A DNA stretch of 64,000 nt from an uncultured archaeon (lineage in GTDB: Archaea; Asgardarchaeota; Hermodarchaeia; Hermodarchaeales; Hermodarchaeaceae): assembly GCA_964347045.1 (NCBI GenBank), contig CAYFXC010000004.1:32001-96000 (forward strand), written 5' to 3'. Both the position numbers and the translations under genes were made by a program. Positions 1 through 10,045 of the stretch are shown piece by piece (position 1 is the first letter of the stretch; every line of letters begins with the position of its first letter). The notes below the pieces were generated by a model. That model searched no databases. It saw nothing but the letters and a program-made list of their open reading frames with translations, and was not told the origin of the DNA.

Positions 1-1627
1 CAATTTGAACAGGATACCCAATGAAGAAGACAAGATACCAAAAGACACCAAATATTCCAATAGGGATGAATGCGATAAAAGCGCTCAATAATCCTACAAT
101 CAACATTTGCGTAATATGCTGGCTAAGCTCGAAGCCAATTAGTCGTCCACCACCAATAATTCGTGTGAAGAGAACGAGGGAGATATATGCGGAAACATAG
201 ACTGCTGGCATCATCGAGATGGCAAGAAGGAAAGATACAAGATTAGTGAAAGGTTTGAAAAAGGAAACCGCTATCACAAAAATCGGAATCGAAATCGCCA
301 TTAAAGTGATAAGTTGAGCCTTAGCACGAAGAATTCGTTCTGTTGGAAGCGGAAGAGTCATTGTGTACGCCATCCCCCGTGCTTCAACGCCTAAGAAGAA
401 AATTGAGAAGAAGCCTAACATAATGGTGGGAATCACAATGAAGACGATGATATCGGAAACATGCACAATACTAATTTCCCATATAAACTGGAAAAAAATC
501 GGAAGCATCATCAAGATCGGAAGAAAGAACATCATTGCTTGACCAGGGGTTCTGGTAGCGATACGTATATCCTTTTGTAGTAGAGCCCATCCGACTCGAC
601 TAACCTTGACATTTACAGGATGAATGGCATTCGATGTGGATATTGTAACACCACTAGTCCCAATTCGTTGTAAAAAATTCCTAGACCAACGGAGCCCTAA
701 TAACGCGAGACCTCCATAAAAAACCACCACGATAAAGACTAGCCAAAAGGGGGGAGTACCAGAAATTCCGGTGGCAAGAACAACAAATGTTCCCATAGAG
801 AATGGATAGCCAAAATACAGCAGATGCCAAAATGGCGATAATTGAATTGCAAAACCTTCTATAAGTGGGATAATGATATTGAGAAGTTGTAAGGAGAGTG
901 AAAAGCCCATGATAGCAACTGCCCAAAGAACGATGAATAGTACTCGAATGATAGATCCTAGTCGAGAACCACCAGTCGATTGGATACGTGTATAGAAATA
1001 GAGGGCTAAAAGTAACATAATCGTAATTGCGAGTCCAACGCTGATGAGAAAGACAGCAAGACAGGCTAGAAACGCGGTAATCGCAAGCGTAGATATTCCA
1101 GAAATCAAGAAAATTACGATACCATATGCCAGGGGAAATCCAAAGATGATGGATATCATCTGGGAGTCAAACAATCGGACATAAGCAAGTAAGGCTAGTT
1201 TTCCGGTATCAGCACGTGAGACCGGCAGATAATGACCAATGCTGGCAGCATTTGATGAAATGAATGAAGTTGAAACCATAATTCCCCAAAATACGAGAAA
1301 AGCAAATCCAACAATACAGAAAACTGAGACCGTAAATGCGACGGTAATCCACTGATATTCTTCCGGTGTTCCATAAATGCCACTGAGAGTGCCCCAAATG
1401 ACGATGCCGAATACCATCGCAAGCATTCCAATAAAGAAACTTATTGTGATCTTGTTGAATCGGGCATTACTACGGGCTTTGTTGATTTGTTTTTCGACAC
1501 TTTGCGTCATAGCTCCTGAACTCATGGACATTGAAGATCGGAACTGCACTTCAAAGGCAATCTTTCCTGCGATCCTCCAAGCCTCGCGCCAACCGATTTT
1601 GTGTTGTGTTTCCGTGACTTCGAACAA
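1..1627 (-). CDS. Multi-pass ABC transporter permease (runs off left edge)
   Basis: Not in ORF track. Read manually from TTG at 1627 after a GGTGG SD-like motif (MFEVTETQHKIGWREAWR...). Spot checks are in frame and hydrophobic down to base 2. Lies directly downstream of the ABC ATPase. Confidence 0.75.
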   Translation of the reverse strand, partial: MFEVTETQHKIGWREAWRIAGKIAFEVQFRSSMSMSSGAMTQSVEKQINKARSNARFNKITISFFIGMLAMVFGIVIWGTLSGIYGTPEEYQWITVAFTVSVFCIVGFAFLVFWGIMVSTSFISSNAASIGHYLPVSRADTGKLALLAYVRLFDSQMISIIFGFPLAYGIVIFLISGISTLAITAFLACLAVFLISVGLAITIMLLLALYFYTRIQSTGGSRLGSIIRVLFIVLWAVAIMGFSLSLQLLNIIIPLIEGFAIQLSPFWHLLYFGYPFSMGTFVVLATGISGTPPFWLVFIVVVFYGGLALLGLRWSRNFLQRIGTSGVTISTSNAIHPVNVKVSRVGWALLQKDIRIATRTPGQAMMFFLPILMMLPIFFQFIWEISIVHVSDIIVFIVIPTIMLGFFSIFFLGVEARGMAYTMTLPLPTERILRAKAQLITLMAISIPIFVIAVSFFKPFTNLVSFLLAISMMPAVYVSAYISLVLFTRIIGGGRLIGFELSQHITQMLIVGLLSAFIAFIPIGIFGVFWYLVFFIGYPVQI

Positions 1628-1649
1628 AATTAATGGACCACCCAGAATA

Positions 1650-2462
1650 TCACCGATTGCTATTTTTTGAAAGAGCCTTGCGAAGTGCTTGAACAGTTTC
1701 TGCTACTTCAGCATCTTGTTGGACGGCGCGTAGAAAAATTTCTTCAAGTGAACCGTGAGCTTTTACCATTTCTCGAAGCTCATCAACGGTACCTTCAGCA
1801 ACCATTTTACCGTCATCAATGATTCCGATTCGGTTACAAAGACTTTCAGCTACCTCGAGAATATGACTACTGAATAGAATCCCACCACCATTTTCTAGGT
1901 GGATGTTTAAAATGTCTTTGAGAACACGAACGGTACGTGCGTCCAATCCACTAAACGGTTCATCAAGAACCAGAAGAGGAGGATCATGAATTAATGCGGC
2001 AATTATACTGGCTTTTTGTCGGTTTCCATGGCTCAAAGCAGCAATAGGTTTGTCAAAATATTCTTGAAACTCAAAGGCATCAATTAATGATCTAACTCTT
2101 GTTTTCACTTGCCATTGATCGAGCTGACGAACCGAAGCAATGAAATTAAAAAATTCTCGAGGAGTAAGCGATTCATAGAGGATGTGGTCTTCGGGAACAA
2201 GGCCAATCCGGTTTTTGACCTCAATAGGTTGATTCATTGGATCAAAACCAAAGACTTCGACTTGACCGAGTGTGGGGGGAAGTAAGCCACTGACCATTTT
2301 GACCGTTGTCGTTTTTCCGGCACCATTAGGTCCAAGGAGTCCATAGATTTCACCAGCACGGACTTCAAAAGAGAGATGGTCTACAGCCACGGTCTTTCCA
2401 AAATTTCGTACAAGATCGTTTGCGACAATGGGTTTACCATTACCCTTCAAAGGTTCAAACAT
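1650..2462 (-). CDS. ABC transporter ATP-binding protein (ABC-2/CcmA type)
   Basis: Walker A GPNGAGKTT, signature LSHGNRQK, Walker B LLVLDEP, H-loop SSH. Start at ATG 2462 after AGGAG. Confidence 0.93.
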   Translation of the reverse strand: MFEPLKGNGKPIVANDLVRNFGKTVAVDHLSFEVRAGEIYGLLGPNGAGKTTTVKMVSGLLPPTLGQVEVFGFDPMNQPIEVKNRIGLVPEDHILYESLTPREFFNFIASVRQLDQWQVKTRVRSLIDAFEFQEYFDKPIAALSHGNRQKASIIAALIHDPPLLVLDEPFSGLDARTVRVLKDILNIHLENGGGILFSSHILEVAESLCNRIGIIDDGKMVAEGTVDELREMVKAHGSLEEIFLRAVQQDAEVAETVQALRKALSKNSNR

Positions 2463-2531
2463 TGATTTTCTCCTATGATTCTCAAAATACTCCAAGGCTA
2501 AAAAATTTCTGAACCCAGTAATATCTTGCCA

Positions 2532-3749
2532 TTATTTGTCCTTTTGGCGTAGATGGATGATGGGAACCAAAATTGCAGCAATAACTCCAAGTAATGCCAT
2601 TAATAAGAACCCTGCAACCCAGGTACCAAAGAAGAAATAGCTGATTGTAACGAGGGGAATGCCAAAGGCGCCAAGGCCAAAGCGGGTAAAGAAACTCCAA
2701 CCAAAAATCTGTCCTCGACTTTCTGGGCTTGACAAATTCGCAATCATCGTATTCGTTGCGGCTTGAGCCGCAAAGAAGGAAAACCCAAATAAAAGTACAG
2801 CAGTAACGAGCAGAGCATCACCCCATATAGTTGGCAAATAGGGAACAGCCAAAAGCCCAAGTGAACCGCTCGTCAACAGAGTCATTCCTATTAGGATTTT
2901 TCGCCACCCAAGACGATCGGTAAGTCGACCTCCAATCTCTTGACCAAAGATCCCACCAACATATACCAATGTTCCAATAAACCCTGCAATGACAAGTAAA
3001 GCTCCAAGTTCCAACGTGATATAAACTGGAAGTGCTGTTACGGTGCCACGATAAAGCATCCCTCTTGAAGCGAGAATTGCTGAGATAATCAGCATAGCCA
3101 GAGGAGTCACGAGACTAAAGAAGCCCTTACTTTTCTTTGTCTCTGGATCAGGAACAACTTCTAGATGAGTTGGCTGAACTTGAACACGGAGCGTCACAAA
3201 GGCGATTAGTAGTCCGATCACGGCCAGAAAGAGAAATATTACTGGCCAAAAAAGGGTACTCAAGATAAATGCGGAGATGAGCGGAGCCATAAGTTGACCC
3301 ACACTTCCTCCAATACCATGCCGCCCTAACGCTTTTCCGCGGTTATTTTCAAAAGTATTTGAAACCCATGTCGTGCCAGCGGGATGATACAATCCCGCAC
3401 CAAATGCATAAGTCATGAAGAGAACTGTGATGGCACCAACACCCAGAGGCCAGAAAAAGAAAAGTGCAACTCCGGAACATACAGAGAGCATTAGGCCCAT
3501 TGCTATTACCTTTCGAGGACCAATCCGATCACAAAGAACACCAGCAGGAATGGCACCAAAGCCAAAAACAAAGTACGCAGGAGTATTAAGAAGCAAAACA
3601 ACCAGCCATTCCAATCCAAGAGGAATTGGGGTAACGAGGAGTAGTTTTGTTGTGATATATGGGAGCGCGAGCATCAACAGATGAACCAACCCATGTGACG
3701 CCCCAGTAATTAACAAGGTTGTATTCTTTTGGTTCACCATCTGATGCAC
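2532..3749 (-). CDS. MFS transporter
   Basis: About 12 hydrophobic segments; motif-A-like GVLCDRIGPRK and GRLTDRLGWRK. Confidence 0.88.
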   Translation of the reverse strand: MHQMVNQKNTTLLITGASHGLVHLLMLALPYITTKLLLVTPIPLGLEWLVVLLLNTPAYFVFGFGAIPAGVLCDRIGPRKVIAMGLMLSVCSGVALFFFWPLGVGAITVLFMTYAFGAGLYHPAGTTWVSNTFENNRGKALGRHGIGGSVGQLMAPLISAFILSTLFWPVIFLFLAVIGLLIAFVTLRVQVQPTHLEVVPDPETKKSKGFFSLVTPLAMLIISAILASRGMLYRGTVTALPVYITLELGALLVIAGFIGTLVYVGGIFGQEIGGRLTDRLGWRKILIGMTLLTSGSLGLLAVPYLPTIWGDALLVTAVLLFGFSFFAAQAATNTMIANLSSPESRGQIFGWSFFTRFGLGAFGIPLVTISYFFFGTWVAGFLLMALLGVIAAILVPIIHLRQKDK

Positions 3750-3912
3750 CCTATGCTCATAGGTACTAGGAACGGGCTATTGAACCTGCCCTTTAAGTTT
3801 CTTTCACTTAACCAAGAACTCTTTTGGATGATTTCAGAGATTCTTTTGCTGACTAACAGAAAAACATTAAATAAAGAGGTGATTGGTTAGCCGCAAAGTT
3901 TGAGGGTGTATC

Positions 3913-5289
3913 ATGGAAACGACGAGAGAACCACCCGTTGCTAGAGCCTGGACTGGGCGAGACCGGTTATCCTATGGAATTCTATTCATTCTAGGTATTG
4001 TTGTAGCGGCAGCCAGTGCAATTCTTCCCCCCATGACAGGAGTTCTCGTAATCGCCTTGGGGGTTTCTTCAGATGCCTGGATCGCTCTTATCGTTACGAT
4101 TTTTCTTCTTATCTCAGGCTTTGCAGCATTACCTTGGGCATACATGGCTGACCGATCAACTCGTCGGAATCTGTTAATAATCAGCACGTTCTTCTGGATA
4201 TTTTGGTTTATCCCAGTTCTTTTCCCTTTTATCACCTACTGGCAACTTTTACTTTTTTACAGTCTTGCAGCCATTGGTGTTGGTGCGGCCGGACCTCTAT
4301 CACTCTCAATGACCATCGATTGTGTTCCGGCTCATTACCGTTCCACTACTATTGGAATTCTAGGGACAGCAGCAGGAGCAGGATATGGGCTTGGTTTCAT
4401 CATTGCGGGTTTATTAGTTGAAACTTTTGGCTGGCAAATGCCTTTCCTCGTTATTACAATCATTGGATTTGGTGCAGGTATACTCCTCTTTATTACACGA
4501 GAGCCCCCTCGGGGTCAACATGAAGAATGCTTAGTCGATCTACAAGAACCAGGGGTAGTTTATACATACACATTGAATCGAAAGGATCTAACTCGAATGT
4601 GGCGTAAAGGATCGAATGTATGGCTAATTGTCGTCGGAATCATCGCCATTATTCCTACTGCCGCGTTTGGCGCGTGGGCTGTTCGCTGGCTCAATGTAGA
4701 TCACAATCTTAGCATTTTTGTAGCCACATTATTCATGACCATCGCCCTCGCGAGCCAAATTATCGGTACTGCTCTCTTCGGCAGATTAGGTGATCGATTT
4801 TACAGAAAAGATCGCCGTGGACGAGCTTACCTCATCCTCCTCTGTTGCCTTGCAGCAGGACCTATCCTAATTCTTGCTAGCCTCTATCCTTTCACCGTTG
4901 CCCCCACAGCAACCATTTGGGACCTTTTTCTTAATCCAGCGACCTTCATCTTTTTCCTTCTCATCTTTGTGGGAACCCTTTTTGATGCTGGCATTACCCC
5001 GCTAATCTATGTCAGTGCTGGAGATGTTAATCCCCCGGAAATCCGTAGCACCGCACTTTCCATAAACATGCTAGCGCATGTAATTGGAGTTGCTTTGGGC
5101 ACTCAATTAGTCCCAACCATAGCGGTCATATTCTTTGCTGGCTTTTATTCCCCAGCATTTGCAATTATTTGCTTGTTCTTTTTCATTGGAGCTACAGTGA
5201 CGATTCCTATTATCCAAAACATTCGAAAGGACATCGAAATAACTGAAGAAGAAACACGTCAGCGCTTTGAAAACCAATCTACGAAATAA
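3913..5289 (+). CDS. MFS transporter (possibly spinster-like)
   Basis: YMADRSTRR and GRLGDR motifs, PPEIRSTA loop, 12-TM pattern. Confidence 0.85.
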   Translation: METTREPPVARAWTGRDRLSYGILFILGIVVAAASAILPPMTGVLVIALGVSSDAWIALIVTIFLLISGFAALPWAYMADRSTRRNLLIISTFFWIFWFIPVLFPFITYWQLLLFYSLAAIGVGAAGPLSLSMTIDCVPAHYRSTTIGILGTAAGAGYGLGFIIAGLLVETFGWQMPFLVITIIGFGAGILLFITREPPRGQHEECLVDLQEPGVVYTYTLNRKDLTRMWRKGSNVWLIVVGIIAIIPTAAFGAWAVRWLNVDHNLSIFVATLFMTIALASQIIGTALFGRLGDRFYRKDRRGRAYLILLCCLAAGPILILASLYPFTVAPTATIWDLFLNPATFIFFLLIFVGTLFDAGITPLIYVSAGDVNPPEIRSTALSINMLAHVIGVALGTQLVPTIAVIFFAGFYSPAFAIICLFFFIGATVTIPIIQNIRKDIEITEEETRQRFENQSTK

Positions 5290-5381
5290 GGGTCGATGGA
5301 AACCTAACCAGGTTTTTAAGTCACTATGATGCCCTAGACAAGCGCCGATCTCTAAGCTTATTACCCATCGGGTGATTTGAA

Positions 5382-6404
5382 ATGGAACAGTCGTCAGTAA
5401 CCATGGGTCTTGTCAGCACAGGTGTTTACTTACCCAAGCTGCGACACACAGCTGAATTCATCTCAGCACAAACTGGGATTCCCAAAGAAATCCTGAAAAC
5501 AAAATTTGGACTCATAAGCAAAACTGTCGGCGGCCCAGAGGACGGCCCTATCAAAATGGGCATCCGTGCATCAAACATCGCCTTGAAAAAAGCAAAAGCT
5601 GTAACGGTAGAAGATATTGATGTAATTTTATGGACCGGAGAAACATTCATTGAACGCCCAATGCAAGTAGCGGGTGTCAAACTTTCCTATGAAATTGGAG
5701 CAACGAACGCCTGGGCTTTGGATTTAAGCGCCCGTTGTGCAACCCTAATGGGGGGTATTCGTCTTGCCAAAGCCCTAATGGCCGCAGAGCCTGACATTCG
5801 CACGATTCTTTTGGCTAGCGGATATCAAAACTGTGATTTGATCAATTACCAAAACGAACGCAGTCGGTTCATGTTTAGTCTAGCAGCAAGTGGAGTAGCA
5901 GCGGTTTTGCAGCGGGATTATACCCACAACCAAGTTTTAGAAACAGCAATCATTACTGATGGAGCGTTTGCTGACGATGTATACTGTCCAGCGGGAGGAA
6001 CAGAAATGCCCATCAGTTGTGAAGCCATAGAGCAAGGCCTTCATTACCTCGATGTCCCTGACCCCCCCAGCATGAAAGAACGACTTGATAAGCTCTCGAT
6101 GCAAAACTTCATTCGTGTAATAAAAGAAGCCACGGAACGAAGTGGCTACTCAATAAGCGACATCGATTACCTAGCTTTGCTCCATATGAAACGTTCCGCG
6201 TTTTCCTATGTGCTCAGTGAGCTCGGATTAACAATGGACCAATCGACCTACTTTGAGGAATTAGGACACATGGGACAAAATGATGCTATTGTTTCGATTG
6301 AGGAAGGACTGAAAGCTGGAAAAATCAATGCGGGCGATTTGGTGGTAATGGCTGCCGCTGGAATTGGATATACATGGTCATCAACTTGTATTAAATGGGG
6401 CTAG
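5382..6404 (+). CDS. 3-oxoacyl-ACP synthase III (FabH)-like condensing enzyme
   Basis: Thiolase fold: ARCAT (Cys), LLHMKR (His), LGHMG (His in place of Asn), C-terminal AAGIGYTW. GGGTGA SD upstream. Confidence 0.85.
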   Translation: MEQSSVTMGLVSTGVYLPKLRHTAEFISAQTGIPKEILKTKFGLISKTVGGPEDGPIKMGIRASNIALKKAKAVTVEDIDVILWTGETFIERPMQVAGVKLSYEIGATNAWALDLSARCATLMGGIRLAKALMAAEPDIRTILLASGYQNCDLINYQNERSRFMFSLAASGVAAVLQRDYTHNQVLETAIITDGAFADDVYCPAGGTEMPISCEAIEQGLHYLDVPDPPSMKERLDKLSMQNFIRVIKEATERSGYSISDIDYLALLHMKRSAFSYVLSELGLTMDQSTYFEELGHMGQNDAIVSIEEGLKAGKINAGDLVVMAAAGIGYTWSSTCIKWG

Positions 6405-6517
6405 CAGTCCTACCAGTTTTTTTACCAAAGACAACCGAATTTACACTTAAAAAAAATCGATTAGTAATAAAGTCACTTCCTGAAGCAAAGCCATATGTAT
6501 GTGAGGGCGTGGAGGCG

Positions 6518-7111
6518 TTAGGCAAAGTCTATGTAGTTTTCGAGGTTTCGAATCGTGCGACGGAGCCGATAGAACCCACCACCCAACACCAAGCTTCCTA
6601 GAATCAATAGACCAACGATGAAGAAAATCGGATAGAAGTATGTCACGAGAACTTCAAAGTGCTGTTTGGTTATGATGCGCACAAAAAAGGTGACATCGGA
6701 AGTGACTCGGCTGATTGTGAGCGTGGTGTTGATGTTTCCATACATGAGTCTGTCATTCTCGTAGAGGATCTGACTCCAATATTGATGTGCTGTGAGGTTC
6801 AAGGAAAAGAGGAGGGTGTTATTCCAATGTAAGCTGAAGGCAATGGGTGTGTCATTCGTCCAGAGTTGAGTCAGTTCTATTTGGTTGAACCGGCCGTCGA
6901 GGGTCAATTGGACCGAAGAGTTGGTTGTCGTCAGAACACCATGTTCGTAAGTATCACTAATTACAACGTTATAGATAACTGGGCTGGGATAAAGCCATCG
7001 CCACATCAGGATATTTATCCCGCCCATACAGAGCAGGGTAGTGCCAATGAGGATTAGGAGTCCACCGGTCATAATTTGCGAGGAGGCAGATTTGGTTGGT
7101 TTCTTTGCCAT
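6518..7111 (-). CDS. Hypothetical membrane protein (N- and C-terminal TM helices)
   Basis: 197-aa ORF with GGTGA SD; two hydrophobic helices flank a beta-rich domain. Confidence 0.6.
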   Translation of the reverse strand: MAKKPTKSASSQIMTGGLLILIGTTLLCMGGINILMWRWLYPSPVIYNVVISDTYEHGVLTTTNSSVQLTLDGRFNQIELTQLWTNDTPIAFSLHWNNTLLFSLNLTAHQYWSQILYENDRLMYGNINTTLTISRVTSDVTFFVRIITKQHFEVLVTYFYPIFFIVGLLILGSLVLGGGFYRLRRTIRNLENYIDFA

Positions 7112-7508
7112 TTCACCATCCCTCTGGGAATAGATTTGAGCAGAAATATTTAGTTGTATGGATACCTATCTTTCACATTACATAGAATGATATGTCTTGT
7201 TTACATTCAGATGATACAACGAACGATGAACTCTCTAACTGGTTAGAGAATCTTACCTTTTTTCAATGACTTCTCTTTCATGTAGGTGCAACCTCCGTTA
7301 TCCTAAGATGTCGTTATTAACAGCTAAGCTGATGTTCCGACCACTCCAAAATCTCTTAAGCTAAGAATTTATGAGCGGTAGCATTGTGTTTGATGGCAAG
7401 CCTTTGAAATCAGTAATAAAGTTGCAGTCTTGGATATTGTCTTTGCTCATCAAGCAAAACCGCCTAGTTGAGAGAAAGGGTTCGAGATTCTTCTCTTATG
7501 TTACTTAA

Positions 7509-9434
7509 TTATGGCGGTTTAATAACAAGTGAATGATAACCCTCTTTCTTTACTTTAAAGCCAAGGAGTTGGTCATCACCTATATCCACCCGGTCCCAGT
7601 CAGAAAGAACAACCTGAAAGCCATCTGGATAGTGAATAGATGGCACATAAATAATTGATGGGGCTTCGATTCTTGAATCTGCATCAAATTCAAAATGAAA
7701 TATTTTCTGTTTAGCTGAAAAGGACATCTTCAGTGGTGTTCCTGCAACGACCATAAGGTGGGGACGGCAGAAGCCGGTAATCGCGCGACCTCCACTGTTA
7801 ATGTCTGATGGATTGGTTTGTTGCGTGATACTGAAGATAGAGAAATCTTCTTGGTTCCATTGATCTCCCCATTCATTATCATTGTCTGGGGTATAGTTCC
7901 AAAGCATGGAGTGGAGGAGATTCTTATCCATGGCGTTGTAATACATTGTAAGAGCTTTGATGTGTTGTCGCCAAGCCTTTGTTGGCTTGGTTTTCCATAG
8001 ATGGAATGCCTGTCTGTTGTTTACGTCAAAGCATAAACCAAATTCACCAATTATTGTTGGAATGCCATCATGAACCTCTTGAGAAAGGAACTTAATTTTT
8101 GCAAGCTGTCGGTTGAACATTTTTTGCACGTTCTTAGTCCCAAGCACGAGTTTGTTTCGGGAGGTATCATAACTTAGCCATCCACGAAATCGTTTCAAAC
8201 CTACTGTAATTTCATCGTACCAATGTGATGAGTTCACGCAATTTACAGGTGGATCACTTAGAAACGCTTCGCCACGCATTCCTGTTTCCGGAGGCGGTTC
8301 AATTCCAATAATAATCTCTGGGCATACTGTACGAATCCTAGAAGCAAATTTGTGAACGAAAGGTGACAGATAATGTTCCAAGAAATCTACTGGTTTTCCT
8401 TCTCGAATTAGAAAATAATCGTTGCAAAGAATCACAGGCTCTCCCGTGGAATCAATATCCCAAACACCGTGTTTTCGCCAGAGATCCTCATATCCATCGA
8501 GCCAGCAACTAATTCCCTTTGGATTCAGAATGTCGTGTCGAACCTTTCTAACTGCAAAGCGTTTAATGAGACTGTAAGGAATTTTGCGTGGAAATCCAGC
8601 TGCAAGAACCATTGCATCAAAGGGATTGATACCGTAGAATAGTTCACGAGAAATGAGTTTCGATGCACCATCCACGCGTTGTCCAATCCAACCGGGGCTA
8701 GGTTCATTCATAGTTTCGAAACCAATCACATAGGGGTTATCAGAAACACGATTAGCAACTTGCTTAATGGCATTAAGATAATGTTCCTGCAGATAATCTT
8801 GAACCGGGGAATTTTCAACTCTAAATGAGGGCGCAAAGTCATTTCCTCCAAAAAAGAGGGTAAACATAGTACAGGAGGCAAATCGACCATAATTCTGGAG
8901 CCAAGCCATCGGGGGATAAGCATCAGGATTTTCCGAATCATAACGATATTGCATTACGAATGCAGCGGCTGACGCATCGAATTTTGTAACATCGAGACCC
9001 ACTTTTTCAAAAGTCCAAATTGGAGCTCCATCACCACCTGATGCGCGACTCCAGAGATCTTGGTGGGGATCGATGAATATGTATAGGTTGTGTTCAGCCG
9101 CCACCTTGAGGATTTCTTCAATATAATCTAGATATTCTTTGTCGTATTGTTTGGGACCATCATGCTCGATAGCTTCCCAGGTTATAATAAATCGTAATGC
9201 ATTGAAGCCCCAGTGACGAATTCGTTGAAAATGGGCATTCGCGTCTTGAAGAGGAAAAGGACGTCCGACAAATGAGACATTATAATCAGTATAATCTGTT
9301 TTGATATGAGTCGCACCATTCGGTGTCTTGGGTACCTTGGAGCTCCCTCCGATATTCACTCCCCGTAACAAAACTTTCCGACCTGCATCATCAATAAACC
9401 ATTCATTATCAATGGAAAGCAAGAGGATTACCAC
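7509..9434 (-). CDS. GH5 glycoside hydrolase, endoglycoceramidase/steryl-glucosidase-like
   Basis: LLRGVN, DPHQD, GGDGAP, acid/base MNEP, nucleophile IIGEFG, GDQWNQEDFS; C-terminal beta-sandwich; no signal peptide. Confidence 0.85.
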   Translation of the reverse strand: MVILLLSIDNEWFIDDAGRKVLLRGVNIGGSSKVPKTPNGATHIKTDYTDYNVSFVGRPFPLQDANAHFQRIRHWGFNALRFIITWEAIEHDGPKQYDKEYLDYIEEILKVAAEHNLYIFIDPHQDLWSRASGGDGAPIWTFEKVGLDVTKFDASAAAFVMQYRYDSENPDAYPPMAWLQNYGRFASCTMFTLFFGGNDFAPSFRVENSPVQDYLQEHYLNAIKQVANRVSDNPYVIGFETMNEPSPGWIGQRVDGASKLISRELFYGINPFDAMVLAAGFPRKIPYSLIKRFAVRKVRHDILNPKGISCWLDGYEDLWRKHGVWDIDSTGEPVILCNDYFLIREGKPVDFLEHYLSPFVHKFASRIRTVCPEIIIGIEPPPETGMRGEAFLSDPPVNCVNSSHWYDEITVGLKRFRGWLSYDTSRNKLVLGTKNVQKMFNRQLAKIKFLSQEVHDGIPTIIGEFGLCFDVNNRQAFHLWKTKPTKAWRQHIKALTMYYNAMDKNLLHSMLWNYTPDNDNEWGDQWNQEDFSIFSITQQTNPSDINSGGRAITGFCRPHLMVVAGTPLKMSFSAKQKIFHFEFDADSRIEAPSIIYVPSIHYPDGFQVVLSDWDRVDIGDDQLLGFKVKKEGYHSLVIKPP

Positions 9435-9549
9435 AATAATCAGTCAGTTGTTTAGTCCATCGAGCCTTACCTTGTTTATAGGGAAGGAAAAGTCTATTTT
9501 TTGTATAACTTAGTGGATTGAATACCTAACATTTGCAGAGGTTTAGGTA

Positions 9550-10029
9550 ATGACAGAGTGGATTAGACAGGCTTTCGCAGATGCTCTTTATGGTAAACAT
9601 GCGCATTATGATGTCCTCAAAGCGTTACGAGGAATCACAGCCGAAGAAGCGAAAAAACAATCTGTTAAGAATGAGCATTCAATTTGGGACCACCTGTATC
9701 ATATCGTGTTTTGGCATGATATCACGCTAAAAGCCATTCATGGTGAAGAGTTTGATTGGAAGGCCCTTCACGATAAAGACTGGTTACAAAAAGATGCAAA
9801 GCTCACAGAAAAAGCTTGGAAGGACCTCATTGAAAGTTTCTCAAAACACCTCAATACCCTCAAGGAAATCAGTGAAACTGAAGGCTTGGCACGACCCCTC
9901 AAGGGATTTGGAAACACGCCCCTAGGAAGAGCTATCATTATCGAGTTTCAGCATAATGGATATCATATCGGACAAATCGTCAACCTGCGCAAAATTCAAG
10001 GCCTTTGGCCACCACCAGAGGACGAATAA
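9550..10029 (+). CDS. DinB/YfiT family protein
   Basis: SIWDHLYHI and QHNGYHIGQI metal-binding His pattern. Confidence 0.8.
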   Translation: MTEWIRQAFADALYGKHAHYDVLKALRGITAEEAKKQSVKNEHSIWDHLYHIVFWHDITLKAIHGEEFDWKALHDKDWLQKDAKLTEKAWKDLIESFSKHLNTLKEISETEGLARPLKGFGNTPLGRAIIIEFQHNGYHIGQIVNLRKIQGLWPPPEDE

Positions 10030-10045
10030 AAAGGATCTCGTCGCA

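Noticed and set aside
7112-7508. Possible decayed gene in a 400-bp gap
   Set aside because: No recognisable motif or sustained ORF
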